Shown here in pieces: positions 1 through 10,712 of a stretch of DNA of 64,000 bases. The position numbers and the translations under genes were made by a program. The stretch's first letter is position 1. Each line of letters opens with the position of its first letter. This stretch comes from Candidatus Shapirobacteria bacterium (GTDB lineage Bacteria; Patescibacteriota; Microgenomatia; UBA12405): positions 15,029 through 79,028 of the forward strand of contig JBAXAJ010000002.1 in NCBI GenBank assembly GCA_037142555.1, read 5' to 3'. The notes beneath the pieces were generated by a model. The model had not been told where the DNA came from, made no database searches, and saw only the letters and a program-made list of their open reading frames with translations.

Positions 1-371
1 AAAGCTTGAGCTCTAGCCACAGCTAAACTAACTCCCAACATTGCATTTCCACCCAAAACTGCCTTGTTCACAGTTCCATCCAAATTAATCATTTTTTCAT
101 CAATTACTCTTTGTTCACTAGCTTCCATTCCTACTAAAGCCACCTTAATTTGGTTATTAATATTAGAAATAGCCTTCAACATTCCCTTGCCGTTATATCG
201 AGCAGCATCTCCATCTAACAAAACTGTTGCTTCTTTTGAACCAGCTGATGCTCCATAACTAACTGAAGCTTCACCAATTGCTCCACTTTCTAAGGTGACT
301 GTAACTTCTAAACTTGGTGCTCCACCTGAAGCTAAAATTTCTCTTGCGAATATATTTTTTATTTTTGACAT
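1..371 (-). CDS. eno: Enolase, N-terminal part (runs off the window edge)
   Basis: Manual translation from ATG at 371: MSKIKNIFAREILASGGAPSLEVTV...GASAGSKEA...RYNGKGMLKAI...LDGTVNKAVLGGNAMLGVSLAVARA, the enolase N-domain. Confidence 0.95.
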   Translation of the reverse strand, partial: MSKIKNIFAREILASGGAPSLEVTVTLESGAIGEASVSYGASAGSKEATVLLDGDAARYNGKGMLKAISNINNQIKVALVGMEASEQRVIDEKMINLDGTVNKAVLGGNAMLGVSLAVARAQA

Positions 372-395
372 ATAACAGATTATAACTTAATAACT

Positions 396-746
396 TTATT
401 TTTCAGAACACCATTGCTTAAATTCAACACAATTTAAATCTTGGTCAAACTTAATTAGATATATTCCATCAAAACTTCCATTTTGATCAACCAAATTCCA
501 ATTAACAACTCCAATATTATCTTCAATAGCTTCAATCTTAAACATTAATTCTTGTATTTGCTCATTTTTAATTTCTTCCCAAAAACCCAAAACATCATTG
601 ATATTTTTGCCTGGTTCTAAAAATGGGCTTTCATAATATTTTTCAATTTTTCCAAAATAATTTTTTAAAGCATCTAAATCCTTTTCTAACCAAACTTTTT
701 TCAATCCATCCAACCAATTATTCAAAAATTCTCTAGTTACCTTCAT
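396..746 (-). CDS. NTF2/SnoaL-like fold protein
   Basis: 116 aa; W..KD.....YF....YYE.PF and DGIYLIKFD...C.EFKQW pattern. Confidence 0.65.
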   Translation of the reverse strand: MKVTREFLNNWLDGLKKVWLEKDLDALKNYFGKIEKYYESPFLEPGKNINDVLGFWEEIKNEQIQELMFKIEAIEDNIGVVNWNLVDQNGSFDGIYLIKFDQDLNCVEFKQWCSEK

Positions 747-1464
747 AATATTTTGAGTTTATTACAACTGAGTCAATTAATAAATTTTCTGGTTGGTTTA
801 AAACATAAACAGCTGCATCAACAACTTCTGAAGTTTTCATCATCCAAGGTTGGTTGTGAGCTTCTTCTTCACCTGCTGTTTCAAAAATATTACTTTCGAA
901 TCCACCAGGATAAATGGCTGACACTTTAATTTTCGTTGCAACTAAAGAATTTCTTAAAGATTTTGTATATCCATTCATTGCCCATTTTGTAGCTGTGTAA
1001 GTTGGCCAATCTTTATTTTCATCTAAATCTAATCCTGCCTTAGAAATCACATTCAAAATATGACCTTTATTAATCTTTTTCATTAAAGGCAACACTGTTT
1101 TTGTGAAATAAATATGTCCAATAATGTTTACTTTAAATGCTTCTTCAATCAATTTTGGATTTTTTTCTTCAAATTCATCAGTAGTCCAAATTCCAGCCCC
1201 ATTAACTAAAATATCAATAGTTTCAAATTTCTCCAAAATTTTCTCAACAGTTTTTTTAACTTGATCAAATTCAGTAATGTCACAAACAAAAACTTCAGCT
1301 TCACCACCACCATTATTTATTTCTTTTTTGACTTCATTTAATAATTCTTCATGCCTTGCTACCAAAGCAATTCTCCCGCCCATACTTCCTAATTTAATTG
1401 CCAGTGCTTTACCTAATCCTTGGCTAGCTCCAGTAATAACTATATTTTTATTTTTTATATTCAT
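733..1464 (-). CDS. Short-chain dehydrogenase/reductase
   Basis: ITGASQGLG Rossmann motif, DILVNGAG, catalytic YTATK. Confidence 0.95.
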   Translation of the reverse strand: MNIKNKNIVITGASQGLGKALAIKLGSMGGRIALVARHEELLNEVKKEINNGGGEAEVFVCDITEFDQVKKTVEKILEKFETIDILVNGAGIWTTDEFEEKNPKLIEEAFKVNIIGHIYFTKTVLPLMKKINKGHILNVISKAGLDLDENKDWPTYTATKWAMNGYTKSLRNSLVATKIKVSAIYPGGFESNIFETAGEEEAHNQPWMMKTSEVVDAAVYVLNQPENLLIDSVVINSKYYEGN

Positions 1465-1478
1465 AAATTATTATAACC

Positions 1479-2252
1479 TTAAATTTCTAGCTCCATTAAA
1501 TCTTCACCCATGATTACTTCTCCTGAATATTTTTCTTTAACTTCAGCCACAAGATCAATATTTTTAGTTTCTGGATAAAAATGACTTAAAACCACATTAT
1601 CTACTTGAGAAATTTCAGCGACTTCTCCAATATCAGTAGTGTTAAGGTGGGCAAGTGCAGTCTGACTTTTATCAAAAGAAGCATCACAAATAAATAAATT
1701 AGCTTTTTCACAGGCATTTACTAAACCGTCACATTTTGTAGAGTCTCCCGAAAAGGCAAGAATTGAATCATCAAATTCAAATCTCAAAGCATATGCGTTA
1801 GCCTTAAAACCAAAAGCAATATGGTCAACCTTAAATGTTTTTACTGTAATTTCACCCAATTTCATTGATTCTTGATATTCTCTAAATTCAACTTTTGAAT
1901 AAGTATCAAAGGCTGGCAATTCATAAACATGCGAAAGTTTTTTAATAAAATCTTGAATTCCTGCTGGTCCACAAATAATTGGAGTTTTAAAATCTTCCCC
2001 CTTATGAAAAATCTCTTTCAATCTAAAACCCATCAAAATCGCAAACAAATCCGAGCTATGATCAGGATGAAAATGAGTTAAAAATATATAATCAAGATCT
2101 TCTGTTTTAAGCCCTATTTCCGATAGACGCATCAAAGTTCCTGGTCCACAATCAACTAAAATCTTTTTATTATCAACTTCAATCAAATAAGATTGAGCCG
2201 ATCTTGTCAAATCAACATAAAATGTTCCCGTCCCTAGAATTGTTACTTTCAT
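1479..2252 (-). CDS. MBL-fold hydrolase, RNase Z/BN-like
   Basis: ILGTG start, DCGPG, THFHPDH, SGDS, LSHFYP motifs. Confidence 0.88.
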   Translation of the reverse strand: MKVTILGTGTFYVDLTRSAQSYLIEVDNKKILVDCGPGTLMRLSEIGLKTEDLDYIFLTHFHPDHSSDLFAILMGFRLKEIFHKGEDFKTPIICGPAGIQDFIKKLSHVYELPAFDTYSKVEFREYQESMKLGEITVKTFKVDHIAFGFKANAYALRFEFDDSILAFSGDSTKCDGLVNACEKANLFICDASFDKSQTALAHLNTTDIGEVAEISQVDNVVLSHFYPETKNIDLVAEVKEKYSGEVIMGEDLMELEI

Positions 2253-2273
2253 ATTTTTTTAAATTAATAACAT

Positions 2274-3053
2274 TTATTTTATTTGTTCTAAAACTGGAAA
2301 TTCTTTTCTAAAATTTCTCAATTTTTCTAAATCTAAATCAGCCGAAATTATGCCTTCTTCAAAAGCAATATCTTTAATAATTTTCCCATCAAAAGAAACT
2401 ATTCTAGTATTTCCACATCTTTCTTTTAACCCAGTTTCTCCAGTCTGGTCACAAGCACAAAAATAAAGTTGATTTTCAATTGCTCTAGCCTTAGTCAAAA
2501 CATCCCAGGCAATTTCACCAGTTGTTCGTCTCATGCTAGTTGGTAAAAATATTATTTCAGCACCTGCTTTTGTTAATTCTCGAAAATATTCTGGAAATCT
2601 TAAATCAAAACAAATTCCAACTCCCATTTTTACTCCATCCAATTCAAAAATACCTAAATTTTTACCTGAAACCGTAGTGTTAAATTCGTCAATTAATAAA
2701 TCATCTCTTACCACTTTATACATATAAATCTTGTCGTATCTATGAACTATATTTCCTTTTCTATCTATTACTAATGTTGTGTTTGTAGTTTTATCTATGC
2801 CAGCTTTAAGCGAAACACTACCCAACACAATATTTACTTTGTTTTCTTTGGCTAATTCTTGGAATGCCAAAATTTTTTCTGAATTTATATTTTCAGCCAT
2901 TTTAATTTTTTCATCTCCCCAATATAAAAACATTTCCGAAAAACAAACAATATCAGGTTTATCTTCTAGTGCTTTTTTAAAGAAAGATTTTGCTTTTAAA
3001 AAATTTCCTTCCTTATTATTATTAGAATCCATTTGGACTAAAGATACTTTCAT
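2274..3053 (-). CDS. Carbon-nitrogen hydrolase (nitrilase/Nit family)
   Basis: FSEMF, YDKI, ICFDLRFPE triad motifs and ARAIENQ. Confidence 0.93.
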   Translation of the reverse strand: MKVSLVQMDSNNNKEGNFLKAKSFFKKALEDKPDIVCFSEMFLYWGDEKIKMAENINSEKILAFQELAKENKVNIVLGSVSLKAGIDKTTNTTLVIDRKGNIVHRYDKIYMYKVVRDDLLIDEFNTTVSGKNLGIFELDGVKMGVGICFDLRFPEYFRELTKAGAEIIFLPTSMRRTTGEIAWDVLTKARAIENQLYFCACDQTGETGLKERCGNTRIVSFDGKIIKDIAFEEGIISADLDLEKLRNFRKEFPVLEQIK

Positions 3054-3055
3054 AA

Positions 3056-3652
3056 TTATTTTTTATTTAAATTTTTAAACATCTTCCCATGCCCAGGGAT
3101 TATATAATCAGCTACTTCTAAAATCTTTTTTCGACTTTCTTTTAAAATAGCTAAATCTTTATAAAAAGGATCTTCTAGATTTATTAAAGTTTCATAATCT
3201 TTGCTTGGTTCCATGTCATCTCTCCACCAAAAAACATCTCCAGCCATCACCACTGTTCCCATATCTTCAGTTTTAACCACCATTGAACCATGAAATTGAT
3301 CATGGCCTGGGGTTGAAATTATTTCAATTCCTTCACCTAAAATATTTTTTTCTTGAGCTTTAATTTCTCCATTTTGTAAGTATTGTGTATCGTCATCCAA
3401 AATTATTGCATTTTCAAAAATTCCGGTCAGGGCACAATGATCCAAATGATTGTGAGTTAAAAATACGAAATTAATATCTCCAGTTTTAATATTCTCTTTT
3501 TCTAAAGACTCTAGTAATTTTTTTCTATTTAATCCTGGGTCGACAATTATTTTAAATTTATCAGTTTCAACTAAAACAACTGAAGGGGAGACAATTTTAT
3601 AATTTTCTTCCTTATGTCCAAAACCTTCAACTAAAATTTTTACTTTATTCAT
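3056..3652 (-). CDS. MBL-fold metallo-hydrolase
   Basis: VDPG, THNHLDH, TPGH, AGD, IIPGHG. Confidence 0.9.
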   Translation of the reverse strand: MNKVKILVEGFGHKEENYKIVSPSVVLVETDKFKIIVDPGLNRKKLLESLEKENIKTGDINFVFLTHNHLDHCALTGIFENAIILDDDTQYLQNGEIKAQEKNILGEGIEIISTPGHDQFHGSMVVKTEDMGTVVMAGDVFWWRDDMEPSKDYETLINLEDPFYKDLAILKESRKKILEVADYIIPGHGKMFKNLNKK

Positions 3653-3702
3653 AGCCCTATTATATCTTAATTTTAAAGCTATTTCGTGCTAGAATTAATA
3701 CT

Positions 3703-5659
<1,957 letters not shown>

Positions 5660-5682
5660 ACTAGTTTTTGCTACAATTTATT

Positions 5683-6714
5683 GTGTCTAAATCAAAAATT
5701 TTATTATCCTTAATTTTCTTTGATTTAATTTTAGTCTTTGTTTTTTTGGTCCTAAAATTTTATTTACAACCAGTTGCTATCGTTGTTCCGCATCATAATG
5801 TTGTTCAAGAAAAACGGCTTGAATTTTTCCAAAAAATAGCCCAAAAAAGACCTATTACTAAAAAAATTATTGTTATCGGCCCAGATCATTTTTCTCCAGT
5901 CCAAAACGGCCTTTATTATTCGAATTCCAATTGGAATTTATCTAAAAATACTCTCTTTTTTAATAATCAATTTGAACCAAAATTAGCTCCATTTTTAAGT
6001 TTAAAAAACAATATCATCAAAAATGATCATGCTATCTATAATCTATTACCCGACATTAAGTCTGTTTGGCCAAATTCTCAAATTTTCCCGATTTTAATTG
6101 GTCAATCTTACCCAATTTCAAAATTAGATGCTTTAATAAAAGAAATTGACAGCATTTGTGCTTATGATTGTTTATTAATTTCTTCAGTCGATTTTTCTCA
6201 TTATTTACCATCAGCTTTAGCTAATATCCATGATCAAAAAAGTATTTATGATTTATCAACCCAAAATTTAGCTGAAATCCAAAAATTAGAAGTCGACAGT
6301 CCTCAATCTCTTTATTTTTTAGCCAAATTTTCCCAACTCAAAAAAGCCAATAATTGGAATTTATTTTTTCACTCCAATTCTGGAGAGTTAGTCAATAACC
6401 CCTATGTCGAAACCACTAGCCATGTTTTTGGCTCTTATCAAAAAGCTTTTAAAAAAAATAATATCCCTAAAATTGAAACTTATTTAATTTCCAAAAATAT
6501 TGATCAGAAAAAAAGTTTGAATTCACTTGGTCCTCGTTTTTTTTATGGCACTGATTTTATCGATTTAAATTATTCTCCAACTTCATCTTTTAAATTACCT
6601 TTTGAATTGTTAAATGATACAGTTGTCGGGGCAGTTGTTATAGATAACAAAGCTATTTTTACTTATTTTCCAACTCAGATAAAAAATGGAGCTACCTATT
6701 TTTTAAGAAAATAA
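5683..6714 (+). CDS. Memo-like (AmmeMemoRadiSam protein B) domain protein with N-terminal TM
   Basis: VPHH, IGPDHF, DHAI, SVDFSHY; start moved to GTG 5683, 5 nt after TACAAT (track start 5668). Confidence 0.8.
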   Translation: MSKSKILLSLIFFDLILVFVFLVLKFYLQPVAIVVPHHNVVQEKRLEFFQKIAQKRPITKKIIVIGPDHFSPVQNGLYYSNSNWNLSKNTLFFNNQFEPKLAPFLSLKNNIIKNDHAIYNLLPDIKSVWPNSQIFPILIGQSYPISKLDALIKEIDSICAYDCLLISSVDFSHYLPSALANIHDQKSIYDLSTQNLAEIQKLEVDSPQSLYFLAKFSQLKKANNWNLFFHSNSGELVNNPYVETTSHVFGSYQKAFKKNNIPKIETYLISKNIDQKKSLNSLGPRFFYGTDFIDLNYSPTSSFKLPFELLNDTVVGAVVIDNKAIFTYFPTQIKNGATYFLRK

Positions 6715-6741
6715 ATTAATAGAATAGTGTTAATATTGTTT

Positions 6742-8463
6742 ATGGAAATAAATAATATGAATGATGTCCAACCAGAAATTAATCCTCAAGAAGTTCCCGA
6801 AAAAATAAAAAAACCATTCCCTTTAAACCTAGTTTTAGGGATTGTTATCGGTGTTATTTTTACTTTTTTAGTTGCATCAACAATTTATTTTTACAATAAA
6901 TCAAAACAACCAAAAGTTGATGCTATCCCATCTAACCCTACTAATGAAATAAATAGTCAAACAAACACTAATTCACCTTATAAAATAACTTGGCTTGAAA
7001 GTCCCCAAAAAATTGCCAATTTAAATGTTTTTAATCAAACTAAACAATTTTCAGATAATAACGCTGGACTTACTATTTATTTTGATAAAGTCAGTTACTA
7101 TTTAGTAGCTAATTTAGGTGATGGTTCACAATTAATTAATGTATTTTTACCAAAACAAGAAGGTCCTGGAGACGATAGTCTTCTCCTTAGAGCGATTAAA
7201 ACACCAGATGGTCAAATATCAATTAGTAAACCTCAAAATGATTATGAATTAGAACAAATATCAAAATTTTTAAACTCAACAATTACAATTAACAGTCTTA
7301 GTTTTAGTGAACTTCAACCACCAGAAAATTTATATCTTGATAATTTAACTTTAGCTAAAAATTATACCAACAATGAAACATTTGATACTTTAAAAAATCC
7401 AATTTTAATTAAATTGACCAACTTTGGTGATTTATATGCTGTTTATACTCCTCGAGAAGATATAAATGATCTTTTTACAAAAACTTTTTATCTAAAACTT
7501 AAAGATTCAACTATTTATCAATACAACCAAAAATATGGTTTTATATCTGATGACATGAAAACTCAAATCACTTGGAATGAAAACTCAACTACTGAAGATC
7601 AATTTATTGATTCGATTCATAGTGGTGGTTGTGGTGGCGTTGTTGGTTCAAGCATTATTAAAAACACTTCTTCTTTGCTCAATAATAAAATTGCTGTTGC
7701 TACTTATGGAGAAAAAACTATTTATCAAATTAAAGATACAAATAATCCACTTCTCAAAAAACTTTATGATCAATATAAACAAACTAGCCAATTTATCACT
7801 CCAGCTGCTGTAGAAAATATTGATCAATATGCTAATGCTAAAAATAATTTCCTCTACCAAGATTATTCTGGAGATTGGATTATTTTTATAAATCAAAAAT
7901 ATGCCATTCAAGCTGAATGTGGTAAACCAGTAATTTATCTTTACCCACCAAAAGAAAGCCAAATTAAAGTTCAAGTTGGGGCTAAAATCACCAAGAGTGA
8001 ACCAACTTATCCAGAAAAAGGTTGGTTAGTTAATGCTAAACCAAATGGAGAACTAACTTATCAAAATCAAAATTATCCTTATTTATTCTGGGAAGGTCTA
8101 GGCAATGGCACCTATCCTAATTATAAAAACAAAGGGATTTTGGTTAAACAAAAAGATTTAGCCACTACTCTCTATAAACAACTATCTCAACTTGGTTTAA
8201 ATCAAAAAGAATCGGCTGATTTTATGGACTTTTGGCAATCAAAACTACCAACAACTCCTTATGTTCGTCTTACTTGGTTAGACACTGCCGACATGGATAA
8301 TTTAGCTCCAATTTCTGTGAATCCAAAGCCAAACACTAAAATCAGAATCTTTTTAGAATTTGAAGGCCTAGAAAAGAGAGTCAATTTAATACCTCAAACT
8401 TTATCAGCTCCAAAAAGAGAAGGGTTTACTCTGATTGAGTGGGGTGGACTTTTAATAAACTAG
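6742..8463 (+). CDS. Membrane-anchored hypothetical protein with conserved C-terminal domain
   Basis: N-terminal TM; C-terminal ECGKPVIYLYP...YPYLFWEG...REGFTLIEWGG domain of unknown function (track start 6727). Confidence 0.75.
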   Translation: MEINNMNDVQPEINPQEVPEKIKKPFPLNLVLGIVIGVIFTFLVASTIYFYNKSKQPKVDAIPSNPTNEINSQTNTNSPYKITWLESPQKIANLNVFNQTKQFSDNNAGLTIYFDKVSYYLVANLGDGSQLINVFLPKQEGPGDDSLLLRAIKTPDGQISISKPQNDYELEQISKFLNSTITINSLSFSELQPPENLYLDNLTLAKNYTNNETFDTLKNPILIKLTNFGDLYAVYTPREDINDLFTKTFYLKLKDSTIYQYNQKYGFISDDMKTQITWNENSTTEDQFIDSIHSGGCGGVVGSSIIKNTSSLLNNKIAVATYGEKTIYQIKDTNNPLLKKLYDQYKQTSQFITPAAVENIDQYANAKNNFLYQDYSGDWIIFINQKYAIQAECGKPVIYLYPPKESQIKVQVGAKITKSEPTYPEKGWLVNAKPNGELTYQNQNYPYLFWEGLGNGTYPNYKNKGILVKQKDLATTLYKQLSQLGLNQKESADFMDFWQSKLPTTPYVRLTWLDTADMDNLAPISVNPKPNTKIRIFLEFEGLEKRVNLIPQTLSAPKREGFTLIEWGGLLIN

Positions 8464-8969
8464 TTTTTATTAAACTCGCTCCAAATTCTTTTAAACCAAA
8501 AAGTATAATTTTGCGGGTTACTTTCAATATCTTTATTTAAGTCTGCTTTTGAAATCCATTTCCAAGATTCAACTTCATCTGGATTTATTTTAGGTTCTAA
8601 ATTATAGTAACCGACAAAAACATGATCGTGTTCATTTTCAGTCAAATCATGGTCTAATGGGGCAATGTAGTTAAAAGAAAATTTTTCCATCAATTCAACG
8701 TCAAAACCCATTTCCTCAACCAATCTTCGATGAGCTGCATCTTCAGTTTTTTCACCAGGGCGTGGATGACTACAACAAGTGTTAGTCCATAATCCACCAC
8801 AATGATATTTACTAAAAGCTCTTTGTTGCAACATCAATTCGTCTTTATCATTAAAAATCAAAATTGAAAAAGCTCGGTGTCTTTTGCCTCCATTTCGATG
8901 GGCTTCAATCTTTTCTTCAACTCCAATTTCTTGGTCACTATCATTAACTAAAATTACATTTTCATTCAT
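8460..8969 (-). CDS. idi: Isopentenyl-diphosphate isomerase, type I
   Basis: HRAFS, LQQRA..KY, WTNTCCSHP, ENEHDHVF. Confidence 0.97.
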   Translation of the reverse strand: MNENVILVNDSDQEIGVEEKIEAHRNGGKRHRAFSILIFNDKDELMLQQRAFSKYHCGGLWTNTCCSHPRPGEKTEDAAHRRLVEEMGFDVELMEKFSFNYIAPLDHDLTENEHDHVFVGYYNLEPKINPDEVESWKWISKADLNKDIESNPQNYTFWFKRIWSEFNKN

Positions 8970-8996
8970 TTTATAAATCTAAAAAAATAATTTTTG

Positions 8997-9067
8997 AGAC
9001 GCGGATGGGAGTCGAACCCATCTACACAGTTTTGCAGACTGTTGTCTAACCGCTTGACTACCGCGTC
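8997..9067 (-). tRNA. tRNA-Cys (GCA)
   Basis: Cloverleaf: GACGCGG/CCGCGTC acceptor, ACAGT-CTGCAAA-ACTGT anticodon arm, ATGGG-TTCGACT-CCCAT T arm, U73, G15:G48; CCA not encoded. Confidence 0.95.
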
Positions 9068-9115
9068 GAATTTAATCCCTGATTCGCAATTTTAAACTAA
9101 TTTTAATTTTTTAGC

Positions 9116-9144
9116 TAGACTTTAGATACTTTTTCAAGTAAAAT
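9116..9144 (+). promoter_or_regulatory. Sigma70 promoter, cassette 1
   Basis: TAGACT-17 nt-TAAAAT. Confidence 0.65.
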
Positions 9145-9148
9145 CCAC

Positions 9149-9195
9149 TACTTTTATTAAAAAGCCAAAAGCTGGCAAAATTTAATAAATTGGTA
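9149..9195 (+). repeat. Conserved 5' leader hairpin, copy 1
   Basis: TACTTTTATTAAA-AA-GCCA-AAAGC-TGGC-AAAA-TTTAATAAATTGGTA; related copies at 12304 and 13496. Confidence 0.85.
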
Positions 9196-9304
9196 CATTA
9201 ACATCAATAAAAATCAAAAACATTGAAAATAATGGTTTGCAAAAACTTGGAAGTATATATGCAATTTCGAATAAAAATAAAAAAAAAGAAAAGAGGAATG
9301 AGTT

Positions 9305-10696
9305 ATGGAAATGTTAAAAGAACGAGTCACGGAAATATTAAAAGAAGGAGTCACAGTGAGAGACGTTATAGTGGAAGCACTACGGCTAGGCATGATTTCC
9401 CAAGAAGAAGCATATCGATTGTTAACTGAAAGAAATGTAACAATTGTAGTTGGAACTCAATGGGGTGATGAAGGTAAAGGCCGTGCAACCCACTATTTAG
9501 CAAAAGATGGTGTGAAGATGGTGATTAGAGCAACTGGTGGCAACAATGCTGGTCACACAGTAGTAGCCAATGGTAAAAAAGATGCAATGCATCTTCTTCC
9601 ATCTTCTATTGTGAAACCAGAAATCATTTCCGTAATTGGGAATGGAGTTGTGGTTGACCCGGAAGTTCTGGTTGGAGAAATAATGAAAATGAAAGAAAAA
9701 GGGGTATCAATCACTCCTGATAATTTCAGGATTTCTGACAAAGCCCATTTAATTATGCCTTGGCATAGAGAAATGGACGCTATCTTTGAGAACTTTAAAG
9801 GCAAAAACAAAATTGGAACAACTGGACGAGGAATCGGACCGTGTTTTGCTGAAAAAGCTCAAAGGACAGGCATAAGAATGATTGATCTTTTTGATCCAAT
9901 CCTTCTTAAAGAAAAGATAACTCAGTGTGCAGTGTTTGCTAATCCAATAATTCAAATGGTTATCAAACCAAAAATCAAAGTGGATGAAATCACCGCAGAG
10001 TATCTAGGGTATGCCGAAATTTTGAAACCTTTCATCTGTGACACTGTAGCTCTTGAAAAAGAATTCGTTTTGGCTGGAGAAAAAGTTTTAATCGAAGGTG
10101 CTCAAGCAATGAGGCTTGATCTTGACCATGGAGATTATCCAAACTGCACCTCTTCAAATCCGATTTCATCTGGTGCTCTAACTGGTTCTGGAATTGGCCC
10201 AATTTATGTCGGTGAAGTAATCGGCGTCATGAAAGCTTATTGTTCCAGAGTTGGTAATGGTCCTTTCCCGACTGAACAAAAAAATTCCATTGGTGACAGA
10301 ATAAGGGAATTAGGAATTGAGTATGGAACAACAACTGGCAGACCAAGAAGATGTGGTTGGCTTGATTTAGTTATGATCAAAGATGCTGTTTTTGTTAATG
10401 GGTTAACTAGTCTTTGTCTTAATCACATTGACACAATTGGAAAACTTGATGAAATCAAAATTTGTGTTGCCTACAAAGTTGGGAAGAAAAGAATCAATAA
10501 TGTTGCAACAAACTTGGAAAAATGTAAACCAGTGTATATCACTTTTAAAGGTGGTTGGGATGCTAAAGGCATAACTGAATACAAAGATCTTCCCAAAAAT
10601 GCCAGAATTTATATTGAGTTCATCGAGAAACAAGTTGGGATTCCAATCAAGTACATCGGCACAGGGGCAGACGAAAAAGAAACAATCATCAGATAA
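9305..10696 (+). CDS. purA: Adenylosuccinate synthetase with about 40-aa N-terminal extension
   Basis: GTQWGDEGKG, GGNNAGHT, IGTTGRGIGP, EYGTTTGRPRRCGWLD; SD GAGGA. Confidence 0.98.
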   Translation: MEMLKERVTEILKEGVTVRDVIVEALRLGMISQEEAYRLLTERNVTIVVGTQWGDEGKGRATHYLAKDGVKMVIRATGGNNAGHTVVANGKKDAMHLLPSSIVKPEIISVIGNGVVVDPEVLVGEIMKMKEKGVSITPDNFRISDKAHLIMPWHREMDAIFENFKGKNKIGTTGRGIGPCFAEKAQRTGIRMIDLFDPILLKEKITQCAVFANPIIQMVIKPKIKVDEITAEYLGYAEILKPFICDTVALEKEFVLAGEKVLIEGAQAMRLDLDHGDYPNCTSSNPISSGALTGSGIGPIYVGEVIGVMKAYCSRVGNGPFPTEQKNSIGDRIRELGIEYGTTTGRPRRCGWLDLVMIKDAVFVNGLTSLCLNHIDTIGKLDEIKICVAYKVGKKRINNVATNLEKCKPVYITFKGGWDAKGITEYKDLPKNARIYIEFIEKQVGIPIKYIGTGADEKETIIR

Positions 10697-10712
10697 GAGA
10701 GGAGTGAATATC

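Noticed and set aside
9221-9280. Purine riboswitch upstream of purA
   Set aside because: AATAATGGTTTGC faintly recalls loop L2, but the GTTTCTAC junction and P3 with its CC loop are absent.
10599-10712. N-terminal extension of GuaB in the ORF track
   Set aside because: It overlaps purA; a strong SD supports ATG 10713.
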